DNA of 45,021 bases from a virus (Duplodnaviria; Caudoviricetes). The position numbers and the translations under genes are program-made. Under the pieces are notes generated by a model. The model ran no database searches and had not been told where the DNA came from. It was given only the letters and a program-made list of their open reading frames with translations. Of this stretch, positions 36,126 through 45,013 are shown in pieces (the stretch's first letter is position 1; every line of letters begins with the position of its first letter). The DNA lies in the IMG/VR virus record IMGVR_UViG_3300005805_003838, positions 1-45,021 of that record; one strand, written 5' to 3'.

Positions 36126-36707
36126 TTATTTCTCCATAGGTATATTAAAAGCAATAGAAATGCGTGTTGAGCTAGTCATGTTCCTATGCACCATATGATC
36201 AACAAAGGAGGGAAACAAAATCATTCTTCCTGTCTTTGGTTGATATCGATGAGGTGATTTTAATTGTGTATTTAATCCTTGCCACATATCTTTTTGTTTG
36301 GCTGGTTCATTGAATTGAATATCCCCAGAATTAGGCATAGCCTGAACATAATATACTCCAGATATAAAATTACCAAAGTGGTTATGTTCAGCTTCATAGT
36401 TGCCTGGCTGAAAATAATTAATCCATGAATCTACTCTCATGAATTCTAACTTGCGCCCATACAAGTTAGCATACTGTTTTACTACAGAATAGATTTCTTC
36501 ACGCAGTAAATTGAGTTTAATCTCAGTCAAAATATCATGATATGTATGATAAGACGTATTGAGGTTTTCTCCGTTACTATACTCCACATACTTCTTATAG
36601 CCATCCGTCGTTTCCCATTGTCGAACTGACATAATAGTCTTTTCTACTATGCTATGATCGACATCGTGTACGCCAAATAGAGTAGGAAATAGTGAATCAA
36701 CTTGCAT
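36126..36707 (-). CDS. 2OG-Fe(II) oxygenase (TIGR02466-like)
   Basis: SWIN, HNH..ISGVYYV, LFPSFVDHMV and RISIAFN motifs. Confidence 0.85.
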   Translation of the reverse strand: MQVDSLFPTLFGVHDVDHSIVEKTIMSVRQWETTDGYKKYVEYSNGENLNTSYHTYHDILTEIKLNLLREEIYSVVKQYANLYGRKLEFMRVDSWINYFQPGNYEAEHNHFGNFISGVYYVQAMPNSGDIQFNEPAKQKDMWQGLNTQLKSPHRYQPKTGRMILFPSFVDHMVHRNMTSSTRISIAFNIPMEK

Positions 36708-38052
36708 TCATTTGCTCCATAATCAATTCTCGCGCTCGCGTGAGAGGTTCTTTCCAACTACGTAACTTTGACTGTTTTAGCACACTCAGATTGTCACCGT
36801 ACCAAGGTGTCGTTTCGTTTGTCCTTGTAGAAGTCCAGATATAGTATTCTGCAATAGGAACACATACGATTGCTCGTTTCCCCATTGCTCCAGCAACATG
36901 TACTAGACTTGTGCATGAAGAAACAATTATATCCATCTGGTCTACAAAGTCAAGAGTATCTTCCCAACTCTTTATTCTGTTCTTGAGTGATATGCTACCA
37001 TCATATTCTTTTTCTGTGTCGATATAATACACAGAAGCATTCTCAGGTATAATATCCATCACCTGATCATATGGTATTCTACGATAGACATCCTGTTCAA
37101 AGTGAGGATTGCCATTTACCTTGATACCAATCTTGAACTTCTTGTCGTCTAGTTTGTTCTTTTCTTGACGCAAAGGTTTCAGATATGGTCCATTCCACAA
37201 TTGATTTTCTTTTAGACCCAGATATCCCGGCAAACTCATCATGTGTGTCCACAGAGCATCTTTTGGAAAGAACAAATAATTAGTCGTTACTTCATATCCA
37301 TGTCTTCTGAACAGCCCAACTAAATCTGGACGATACATATGCCAAGAAGAATACAGGATAGGATTCATTCCCAGTGCTTTTAGATTATCCAAGAATCGAA
37401 GATTGATAAGTTCATCACCAATCCCGCCTTCGCCATTTATGATAATAGTCTTACCCGGATATGCTCCACCATCCCAAAACTTTAGTTTCAGAACATCCTC
37501 AAACAAAGAATTCTTTTTCTTAAAGGTATTAATAAAACGATCAATACCCTTTGATGTATGTCCTTGTCTTAGATACTTACCACACAATGCAAAGTCGAGT
37601 GATTGTTCCTCTGATGCTCTTTTACCCTCTGCAATCAGCTTCTCGATAATTTCTTCTGCTTCTTGCTTCTTGCCCATCAAAGAAAGATTAAATGCTTTTT
37701 GTGATAGTGTGTCTACATCATCAGGGTTAATCAAAAGATTAAGATTGATGTAATGCAATGCTTTTTCTGGATAGTTATTTAAGTTATAAGCCTTGTATAG
37801 ATTTTCTCTGGCAATGTACAACTGCTCTGATGTACGCATCATTGAATAACATATCTCTGCACACTTGAGATACAGTTCTGCATACTTAACTTCGAGTGCT
37901 GCTCGCCCCACAGATTCATATTCTTGCATTGTCTTAGCAAGCGAGAACACTTCATCCAATAGAATAAGCGCAGTTTTCCTGCGCTCATCTGAAGTCAGTT
38001 TCTTTATTACGAAAAGTAAAGGATCAGTTTCCTTTTGAACCACCTCAGTCAT
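36697..38052 (-). CDS. TPR-repeat protein fused to a GT9-like (heptosyltransferase-type) glycosyltransferase
   Basis: Helical TPR N-terminus; WDG...GEGGIGDEL..LRF, MSLP and DIIVSSCTSLVHVAGAMGK motifs. Confidence 0.8.
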   Translation of the reverse strand: MTEVVQKETDPLLFVIKKLTSDERRKTALILLDEVFSLAKTMQEYESVGRAALEVKYAELYLKCAEICYSMMRTSEQLYIARENLYKAYNLNNYPEKALHYINLNLLINPDDVDTLSQKAFNLSLMGKKQEAEEIIEKLIAEGKRASEEQSLDFALCGKYLRQGHTSKGIDRFINTFKKKNSLFEDVLKLKFWDGGAYPGKTIIINGEGGIGDELINLRFLDNLKALGMNPILYSSWHMYRPDLVGLFRRHGYEVTTNYLFFPKDALWTHMMSLPGYLGLKENQLWNGPYLKPLRQEKNKLDDKKFKIGIKVNGNPHFEQDVYRRIPYDQVMDIIPENASVYYIDTEKEYDGSISLKNRIKSWEDTLDFVDQMDIIVSSCTSLVHVAGAMGKRAIVCVPIAEYYIWTSTRTNETTPWYGDNLSVLKQSKLRSWKEPLTRARELIMEQMNAS

Positions 38053-38611
38053 TTTTAATAGCCACCATACGGATATGATATTCCATTACAATGTTATTAT
38101 GTTCATGGATATATCTTTTAGCCTGTTCCATTTGCATTCCCTCAAATGCTTTCATATACATTGGATCAGGAATTTCATTAACGTCAACAACCTCAAAGTC
38201 AACTTTAAAATAATATCCCAATCGTGATGCAGCTGCGTTCTGCTCCCTACATGCATCATTGTACTTACGACTAAACAACGCTAATCCATCAGGAGTGATT
38301 GGACGACGATGAGTAGGATCGTTTAGATAGTAATCATGTCTTGGATGAGGAACACGAATATCGATCAATGCTCCATGCTTACATACACGATACACTTCTT
38401 GCAAGCAATGAAAGTATCCTTCACCCATATGTTCGAATACGTGATGAGCGATAACTTGCTCTACCGTATTATCTTCAAAAGGAAACTTATCCTTTTCCAT
38501 ATCAAAGATATGCTCTGCGCCTGTTCTTGCGTCATAATCGCAGTTAACAAATCCATCAAATCGTGTATCACCAGCACCTAAATTAATCTTCATGTTGTAC
38601 TCACTTTTCAA
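38045..38611 (-). CDS. Class I SAM-dependent methyltransferase
   Basis: INLGAG..GFVNCD, HVFEH, EVYRVCK.G and DPTH motifs. Confidence 0.85.
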   Translation of the reverse strand: MKSEYNMKINLGAGDTRFDGFVNCDYDARTGAEHIFDMEKDKFPFEDNTVEQVIAHHVFEHMGEGYFHCLQEVYRVCKHGALIDIRVPHPRHDYYLNDPTHRRPITPDGLALFSRKYNDACREQNAAASRLGYYFKVDFEVVDVNEIPDPMYMKAFEGMQMEQAKRYIHEHNNIVMEYHIRMVAIKND

Positions 38612-38948
38612 ATTGATTTTCTATTTTAGGATGATGCCCCTTACGACAATCGAACTGCCTACAGGCTAAAGGACGATCATTATAAATCTTGCATCGTTTA
38701 TCTGCACCAAAGTATATGCAACCCGTCTCGATACGAGGGATAGCTATCACAGGCACATTTGGATTTGCTGGATTTTCCATAAAAGTAAATATGTACTTAC
38801 CAGATTTCATTTCTCGCTCAGTGAGATACGGAGAAAGAATTTCACAACAAAGAGTGCATCCTATCTTAGTACAAGGAACATCGGACTCTTCGATATCACG
38901 CTCAATGGTGATAGCCTTGATATCATGTGTAACAAATTTCATTACCAA
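38601..38948 (-). CDS. YkgJ-family Cys-cluster (Zn/Fe-chelating) protein
   Basis: C...GC.LCC, CIYF...CKIYNDRPLACRQFDC. Confidence 0.85.
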   Translation of the reverse strand: MVMKFVTHDIKAITIERDIEESDVPCTKIGCTLCCEILSPYLTEREMKSGKYIFTFMENPANPNVPVIAIPRIETGCIYFGADKRCKIYNDRPLACRQFDCRKGHHPKIENQFEK

Positions 38949-39712
38949 ACCTTAAGATTATCAAACTCCGCCCAAAGATCAGGAGGCATTATTGGCTCAC
39001 GTTCTATATATTGTACTTCTTTTCTTATCTTGTGTAAACCATTAATTCCAGCTTCTGCATCATATTCGTCCCACGAAGCCTCTACGTTATTGAAATCGTG
39101 ATCAAAATAGGGTTCTCCAATAAAATTATAGAGGGCTCGCATTGTTTGTTCTGGATGTTTGGCTAATTGCTCATAATCCAGAAGCATAATGCTTTTCTTT
39201 TGTGGTCCGGTCATAGCTTCTTTTAATGAGTCATATGCAAATCTGACTGTACTACCGGGAGACATAAGAGAATATGTTCGTGTGTATACTGACTGAGCTT
39301 CTTCTTCACCATACAATTGTGACATAGTAAATGGATTTTTTCGAAAAAGAACTTCAAACGAATCTAGCACCCAACGGATATCACGAACGCAACAGATGAT
39401 TTTTGCATCTGGATTTGTGCGTTCTAATATGGGGAGTAGACCTGTCCATCCACGATTTGTATTGAAACATACTTGTTGTGGGATGTGCGAGTGATATGTT
39501 TCTATAAGATTTTGAATAAGCTCAAAACGCTTGTCTTCAGGGCATTGTAAATGATATCCCGGTCCCGCATGAGATTCGGTTACAATTCTTCTAACAAATC
39601 TAGCCAAAGGATTAGAGATGTTAGAATAGAATTCAGGATTCTGATTAAGAATTGATGTAAGAAGAGTTGACCCTGAACGGGGCAACCCAGAAATAAAATG
39701 ATATTTTTTCAT
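38942..39712 (-). CDS. Sulfotransferase
   Basis: SGLPRSGSTLL (5'-PSB), VRD...LDS (3'-PB) and YEQL..HP...LYNFIG. Confidence 0.88.
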   Translation of the reverse strand: MKKYHFISGLPRSGSTLLTSILNQNPEFYSNISNPLARFVRRIVTESHAGPGYHLQCPEDKRFELIQNLIETYHSHIPQQVCFNTNRGWTGLLPILERTNPDAKIICCVRDIRWVLDSFEVLFRKNPFTMSQLYGEEEAQSVYTRTYSLMSPGSTVRFAYDSLKEAMTGPQKKSIMLLDYEQLAKHPEQTMRALYNFIGEPYFDHDFNNVEASWDEYDAEAGINGLHKIRKEVQYIEREPIMPPDLWAEFDNLKVW

Positions 39713-39736
39713 GTGACCTCATAATGAATTACACTA

Positions 39737-40963
39737 TTATATAGTCAGATCAGTAATAGCAAACAGAGTGAGGCGATTAATATCCGATACCCCTTCTGCA
39801 ACACTTTTGAAACTAGTTCCTGCAAAGCCAACAGGCGTTACGGGGCTTGCTGTGCTTGTAGAATTACCAACACCTAAATTTCCATTTGTGTTTCGTCCCC
39901 ATGTCCATAACGTTCCATCAGTTTTGACAGCAGCCATGAAATTGGTCCTAGAACTAACTTGTTTCCAATTAGTCCCGCCACCAGCGATCCCTTCAGGACT
40001 TAATTTAGATGTTGTTGTGTATCCATCTCCTAACTGCCCATTGGAACGACTTCCCCATGTCCACAGCGTGCCGTCAAATTTAATAGCTGCCGTCGAAGAA
40101 TATCCACAACTAACCTGTTTCCAATTGGTTCCTCCACCAGAAGTTGTACCAGGACTTGATCTATCCGCATATTGATCATTACCTAATCTACCAGCACCAC
40201 CTAATCCCCACATCCACAAAGTTCCGTCAGTTTTAACTGCTCCCATATATTGTCGTCCACAACTAACTTGTGACCAATTAGTTCCTCCACCAGCAACTGT
40301 ACCGGGAGACGATCTTGATGTAGCGGCGTCAGATGTACCTGCTCCTAATGATCTGCTATTATTACTTCCCCATGTCCAAAGAGTGCCATCGGTTTTGACT
40401 GCAGCCATGTTGCTAGAAACAGCACCATGGACACCAACACTTACTTGTTTCCAATTAGTTCCGCCACCGACAGTTGTTCCGGGACTTGATCTAGATGTTG
40501 TATTACCTGTTCCTAATTGTCCTCTAGTATTATTTCCCCATGTCCATAGAGTACCATCAGTTTTAACAGCTGCCGCCTGCCCTATACCATAGTATTGATC
40601 ACTACCCATACTAACTTGTTTCCAATCAACACCACCGCCAGCAGTTGTTCCCGGCGATGATCTATTTGTTTGATTCCCAGTTCCTAAATGACCTGAACCA
40701 TTATATCCCCATGTCCACAATGTACCATCAGATTTAATAGCAGCGACTGCGCTTCCACCTGAAACTTGTTTCCAATTCAATCCTGCTCCCGCAGCGGTAG
40801 AAACGAAACTTGATCTATTTGTTGTTGTTCCGTCACCTACTGCGCCTGAAACATTATATCCACAAGCAAACAATCCACCGTCACCAAAAAACTCTCTCTT
40901 AATCAAGAGATCATCTATTTCGGTTTCTCTACCGTTATATGTGGCTTTAAATCCTACGGGCAT
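39737..40963 (-). CDS. RCC1-repeat beta-propeller protein (putative virion/receptor-binding)
   Basis: About seven repeats of ~55 aa: KTDGTLWTWG.N..G.LG.G..T.RSSPGTTAGGGTNWKQV. Confidence 0.88.
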   Translation of the reverse strand: MPVGFKATYNGRETEIDDLLIKREFFGDGGLFACGYNVSGAVGDGTTTNRSSFVSTAAGAGLNWKQVSGGSAVAAIKSDGTLWTWGYNGSGHLGTGNQTNRSSPGTTAGGGVDWKQVSMGSDQYYGIGQAAAVKTDGTLWTWGNNTRGQLGTGNTTSRSSPGTTVGGGTNWKQVSVGVHGAVSSNMAAVKTDGTLWTWGSNNSRSLGAGTSDAATSRSSPGTVAGGGTNWSQVSCGRQYMGAVKTDGTLWMWGLGGAGRLGNDQYADRSSPGTTSGGGTNWKQVSCGYSSTAAIKFDGTLWTWGSRSNGQLGDGYTTTSKLSPEGIAGGGTNWKQVSSRTNFMAAVKTDGTLWTWGRNTNGNLGVGNSTSTASPVTPVGFAGTSFKSVAEGVSDINRLTLFAITDLTI

Positions 40964-41019
40964 TATGTGTCTCTCAATCTAAAAATCTGAACTAGGTTTC
41001 CTGTGAACGAATAAAACAT
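40963..41019 (-). CDS. 18-aa mini-ORF, a remnant of the 3' end of the 42231..42728 gene
   Basis: MFYSFTGNLVQIFRLRDT; starts directly after the upstream TAA and ends in a TAATG overlap with the next ATG. Confidence 0.4.
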   Translation of the reverse strand: MFYSFTGNLVQIFRLRDT

Positions 41020-42240
41020 TTATATGGTTAGATCTGTAAGACCCCCCATCCCGTTTCCTGATTGTCTAAGAATTACTTGTTTCCAATTAGTTATACCACC
41101 AACAGTTGTTCCGGGGGACGATCTATCTGTTGTTGTTCCATCCCCCAATTGATTGTTGTTGTTTCTTCCCCATGTCCACAGCGTGCCATCAGTTTTTATG
41201 GCGCAAGCATTTCCTCCTGAAACTCCCGGCGCTCCCGGAGTACCAATCTGTTTCCAATTAGTACCACCACCAGCAGTGGTTCCGGGCGATGATCTATCTG
41301 TTGTTGTTCCATCACCCAATTGTCCATTATTACCATACCCCCATGTCCATAGTGTACCATCATTTTTAATCGCTCCTACCATTCCACTTGCAGTAGATGA
41401 AACAGCTACTTGTTTCCAATTAGTACCCCCACCAGCGGTTGTTGCTGGTGAATAGTGATCATCAGTATTTCCAGTACCTAAACGCCCTCCAATATTATAT
41501 CCCCATGTCCAAAGAGTTCCGTCAGTTTTCACTGCCGCCATCATATAATACCCACATGATACTTGTTTCCAATTAGTCCCTCCACCCGATGTTGTTCCGG
41601 GGGAAGACCTTGAATTTCCAGCGTTTGATCCAGTGCCCAATGTTCCTCTAACATCCTGACCCCATGTCCATAGCGTACCATCAGTTTTAACACCGGCTCC
41701 ACTGCCAGAAAATCCACCTATAGATACATCTTTCCAATTATTTCCACCACCAGCGGTTGTACCGGGAGATGATCTATTTGTTGTTGTTCCGTCTCCCAAT
41801 CTACCTTTAGTATTATCGCCCCATGTCCACAATGTACCATCAGTTTTAATAGCTGCCGTTGTGTTATCCCCGCAGTCTACCATTTTCCAATTAGTACCAC
41901 CGCCAGCGGTTGTTCCGGGTGAATATTTCTCTGTTGCGGCAGTCCCATCACCTAATGCTCCAGTGGCAGTTAGATTGGCACCCCATGTCCATAACGTACC
42001 ATCAGTTTTTACTCCTGCTGCATGATAACTATACCCGTAAGAAAGTTGTTTCCAGTTAGTTCCTCCGTATGCATACGATGTAGGCGAGGTATTCCAATAA
42101 TATGTTGAAAGAGCACCAGTTTGACCACCGCCAAATCCCCAAGAATAAAAGTTTCCATCGTTAAAAAACTCTCTCTTAATCAAGAGATCATCTATTTCAG
42201 TTTCTCTACCGTTATATGTGGCTTTAAATCCTATGGGCAT
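41020..42240 (-). CDS. RCC1-repeat beta-propeller protein (paralog of 39737..40963)
   Basis: Same repeat, near-identical N-terminus MP(I/V)GFKATYNGRETEIDDLLIKREFF and C-terminus TDLTI. Confidence 0.88.
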   Translation of the reverse strand: MPIGFKATYNGRETEIDDLLIKREFFNDGNFYSWGFGGGQTGALSTYYWNTSPTSYAYGGTNWKQLSYGYSYHAAGVKTDGTLWTWGANLTATGALGDGTAATEKYSPGTTAGGGTNWKMVDCGDNTTAAIKTDGTLWTWGDNTKGRLGDGTTTNRSSPGTTAGGGNNWKDVSIGGFSGSGAGVKTDGTLWTWGQDVRGTLGTGSNAGNSRSSPGTTSGGGTNWKQVSCGYYMMAAVKTDGTLWTWGYNIGGRLGTGNTDDHYSPATTAGGGTNWKQVAVSSTASGMVGAIKNDGTLWTWGYGNNGQLGDGTTTDRSSPGTTAGGGTNWKQIGTPGAPGVSGGNACAIKTDGTLWTWGRNNNNQLGDGTTTDRSSPGTTVGGITNWKQVILRQSGNGMGGLTDLTI

Positions 42241-42728
42241 ATGTCTCTCAATCTAAAAATCTGAACTAGGTTTCCTGTGAACGAATGAAACAACCATGGT
42301 CTGAAGAATACAGCCTGACCCGGTTCTAATTCGTAATTTACTTTCACATTCCATTGAAACAAATCTCTGTAAGGAAACTCATATCCCTCCAAAGCATTTC
42401 TTGCACCATCTTTATGTTCATAGATATTAAAATATGTATGGTCTAATGCAACTACAAGTATCCAATCTTTTTCTGATTCAAAATCTTCAAAGTGAACAAA
42501 TACCTCTGGAAGACGGAATACACCAGAACGATCCATATCAACTTCTACTTTTCTTGCAATAGTATTTGATATGATCTCAGATATATCATCAGGCACATGA
42601 TTAAAGTTTTCTAGTTCTCTTCCAAGTTCTTTTTGAACAAAGGATAAACTTTTTGCAACCAAAGAAAGATTGTATGCTCCTTCGGGTGTATAGAAATCAT
42701 CAATGGTTAATGTTTTAATGAATGCCAT
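42231..42728 (-). CDS. 2OG-Fe(II) oxygenase-like protein
   Basis: IDDFY, FR..., H.ED and VFFRPWLFHS double-stranded beta-helix motifs. Confidence 0.55.
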   Translation of the reverse strand: MAFIKTLTIDDFYTPEGAYNLSLVAKSLSFVQKELGRELENFNHVPDDISEIISNTIARKVEVDMDRSGVFRLPEVFVHFEDFESEKDWILVVALDHTYFNIYEHKDGARNALEGYEFPYRDLFQWNVKVNYELEPGQAVFFRPWLFHSFTGNLVQIFRLRDICP

Positions 42729-42729
42729 A

Positions 42730-43152
42730 TTAAAAATCTATTTCTCTTATTGCAGCAAGATTTTTCCCTGCTGTACTACCTTCGACTTGTTTCCAAGTAG
42801 TTCCACCACCAGCAGTTGTGACGGGAGATGTTCTATTTGATGCTGTTCCGTCGCCCAACATACCAAGTGAATTGCTTCCCCATGTCCACAAAGTTCCGTC
42901 AGTTTTAACAGCGCCCATCGTAGAAGAACCACTAGACACCTGTTTCCAGTTTCTTGTGCCGCCAGCCGTTGTTCCGGGTGACGACCTAGATACTACGTTA
43001 TCACCCAAGGCGGTCGCAGAGCCACACGTAAACAATTCTCCAGAAGCAAATCCCGGAACCAAATCTGGATATGCATCCATCACATATTCTTTGGTGACAT
43101 ACTTGTTACCAATATCTACGCCATCATTATCTTTAAAATTAAATGTAGGCAT
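42730..43152 (-). CDS. Short RCC1-repeat protein (~2 blades), paralog of 43153..44349
   Basis: First 44 aa identical to the adjacent paralog; only about two repeats. Confidence 0.8.
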   Translation of the reverse strand: MPTFNFKDNDGVDIGNKYVTKEYVMDAYPDLVPGFASGELFTCGSATALGDNVVSRSSPGTTAGGTRNWKQVSSGSSTMGAVKTDGTLWTWGSNSLGMLGDGTASNRTSPVTTAGGGTTWKQVEGSTAGKNLAAIREIDF

Positions 43153-44349
43153 TTATAATTCACCTTGATCCGATATTATCAAAAGATTATACATTGAGAT
43201 TGATACATCTTTCCAATTAGTGCCTCCTCCAGAAGTTGTTCCGGGAGATGATCTATCTGTTGTGTTTCCGCTGCCTAATGTTCCGTAGCCACCCTCACCC
43301 CATGTCCAAAGAGTACCATCTGTTTTAATAGCAGCCATATTATACCATCTTGCGTTTACTTGTTTCCAATTAGTTCCTCCACCAGCAGTTGAACCAAAAC
43401 TTGATCTAGTTGTTGTTGTTCCGTCGCCTAATAAACCTTTATAACCATATCCACATGTCCACAAAGTACCATCAGTTTTAACAGCAGCTGTGTTAGTAGT
43501 GCCACAACTTACTTGTTTCCAATTAGTACCACCGCCAGCAGTTGTACCGGGACTTGTTCTAGATGTTGTGTTATTCGTTCCTAATGTCCCAAAACCATTA
43601 CTTCCCCATGTCCATAAAGTCCCATCAGCTTTAACAGCAGCAGCGTGAAAAGACGAACACGATACCTGTTTCCAGTCAGTTCCGCCACCAACAGTTGTAC
43701 CCGGACTTGATCTATTTGTTGTGTCGCCTGTGCCTAATGCTTTACCAGCATTATATCCGCATGTCCATAGAGTACCATCAGACTTGATTGCTGCTAAAAC
43801 ATTGGAAGCCATTGCGACTTGTTTCCAATTAGTACCTCCACCAGCAGTTGTACCGGGAGATGATCTATCTGTTGTATTACCAGTCCCTAAAGGTCCTGAA
43901 GTATTAACTCCCCATGTCCACAAAGTCCCATCAGTTTTAACTGCGGCTGCATTACTGCCGCCAACTGCGACTTGTTTCCAATTAGTTCCTCCACCAGCCG
44001 TTGTGCCGGGACTTGATCTGGATGTTGTTGTTCCATCACCCATTCCACCACTTTGCGCCCCTCCCCACGTCCACAATGTACCATCAGTTTTAATTCCAGC
44101 GGCTACATGTTGTAATCCAGCACTAACTTGTTTCCAAGTAGTCACACCACTAACAGTTGTACCGGGAGATGATCTACCTGTTGTTGTTCCATTACCTAAT
44201 CGACCATATTGACCATACCCACAGGTAAACAATTCTCCAGAAGCAAACCCCGGAACTAAATCAGGATAAGCATCCATAACATATTCTTTAGTGACATACT
44301 TGTTGCCAATATCTACGCCATCATTATCTTTAAAATTAAATGTAGGCAT
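43021..44349. repeat. 132-bp direct repeat (43021-43152 and 44218-44349) encoding an identical 44-aa N-terminus
   Basis: The DNA copies differ only at synonymous third positions. Confidence 0.9.
43153..44349 (-). CDS. RCC1-repeat beta-propeller protein
   Basis: About seven KTDGTLWT(W/C)G...RSSPGTT.GGGTNWKQV repeats. Confidence 0.88.
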   Translation of the reverse strand: MPTFNFKDNDGVDIGNKYVTKEYVMDAYPDLVPGFASGELFTCGYGQYGRLGNGTTTGRSSPGTTVSGVTTWKQVSAGLQHVAAGIKTDGTLWTWGGAQSGGMGDGTTTSRSSPGTTAGGGTNWKQVAVGGSNAAAVKTDGTLWTWGVNTSGPLGTGNTTDRSSPGTTAGGGTNWKQVAMASNVLAAIKSDGTLWTCGYNAGKALGTGDTTNRSSPGTTVGGGTDWKQVSCSSFHAAAVKADGTLWTWGSNGFGTLGTNNTTSRTSPGTTAGGGTNWKQVSCGTTNTAAVKTDGTLWTCGYGYKGLLGDGTTTTRSSFGSTAGGGTNWKQVNARWYNMAAIKTDGTLWTWGEGGYGTLGSGNTTDRSSPGTTSGGGTNWKDVSISMYNLLIISDQGEL

Positions 44350-44359
44350 TAATTATTCC

Positions 44360-45013
44360 TCATGGTCCCATTAACGACACAGGATTTCCAAGATCAACTG
44401 CATCTAATTCTGTTGCAGTTGCACATGCGTCGATTTCAGTATTCTTATTTACTTCCCATACGAACTGATCCTGAACATGATTAGCGCCCGCAGTAACAAC
44501 CGCACCCAGATCAGACTGAGTAAGAGTTAGCCATCCTTCAGGAAACTTCCATTGTACTGTATCAGCACTATCCATCAATAGATATTTCTGTACGAAGATA
44601 TCACGAGATTGTCTGGCTGTGTCTACTGTTACTTCTGTTCCTTGAACAGTAACCTTTACACCAGCAACTTCTTTCTTCCAACGATTTTCAGCAACCACTT
44701 GCTTCAATGTTGATTTGATATTATCGATAGGAGTTGGTAATACCTGAAATGTGCCGATAGCCTTACCCGTTGAGAAATCCCAAAAAGGACCGTGCGGATA
44801 TTCAATCTTAGCATTGTAAGATGGATATACCAGTTCCGAAGCATAAATCTTCGTGTTCTCATCAATCGTGATGATTTCTTCATCAGACTTACTCATTGGA
44901 AGTTTAAGTTCAATTTCACAATCTTCCTCAAGAGAAGATTCGAACGAACGATAATTCCATGCTCGTGGACCGTTAATTACGTGTCCGTTGTGTACTAAAA
45001 CATATGCAGTCAT
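44360..45013 (-). CDS. Tail fibre assembly/chaperone-like protein (DUF4376-like C-terminus)
   Basis: RWKKEVAGV, TVQWKF..GW..LT..L..V...A.HVQ..F.WE and I.A..T..EL pattern. Confidence 0.65.
   Translation of the reverse strand: MTAYVLVHNGHVINGPRAWNYRSFESSLEEDCEIELKLPMSKSDEEIITIDENTKIYASELVYPSYNAKIEYPHGPFWDFSTGKAIGTFQVLPTPIDNIKSTLKQVVAENRWKKEVAGVKVTVQGTEVTVDTARQSRDIFVQKYLLMDSADTVQWKFPEGWLTLTQSDLGAVVTAGANHVQDQFVWEVNKNTEIDACATATELDAVDLGNPVSLMGP

Larger units (their letters stand above)
40886..42292. repeat. ~130-bp near-identical direct repeat (40886-41018 and 42164-42292) marking a tandem duplication
   Basis: Both copies span the end of the oxygenase-like gene and the first ~26 codons of an RCC1 gene; 3 substitutions and one small indel. 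Confidence 0.9.

Noticed and set aside
39737-44349. Diversity-generating retroelement (template/variable repeat) among the RCC1 duplicates
   Set aside because: Differences between repeat copies are mostly synonymous third-position changes and not adenine-specific, and no reverse transcriptase is in the window.
39737-44349. CRISPR-like array (recurring ccccatgtcca / tgtttccaattagt motifs)
   Set aside because: The repeats are in-frame codons of RCC1 blades with ~165-bp period and degenerate third positions; no cas genes.
294-44998. Many plus-strand ORFs of 60-190 aa in the ORF track (e.g. 9469..9969, 13960..14442, 14625..15167, 17446..18021, 43721..44212)
   Set aside because: They are antisense shadows of well-supported minus-strand genes, with no recognisable motifs or SDs.
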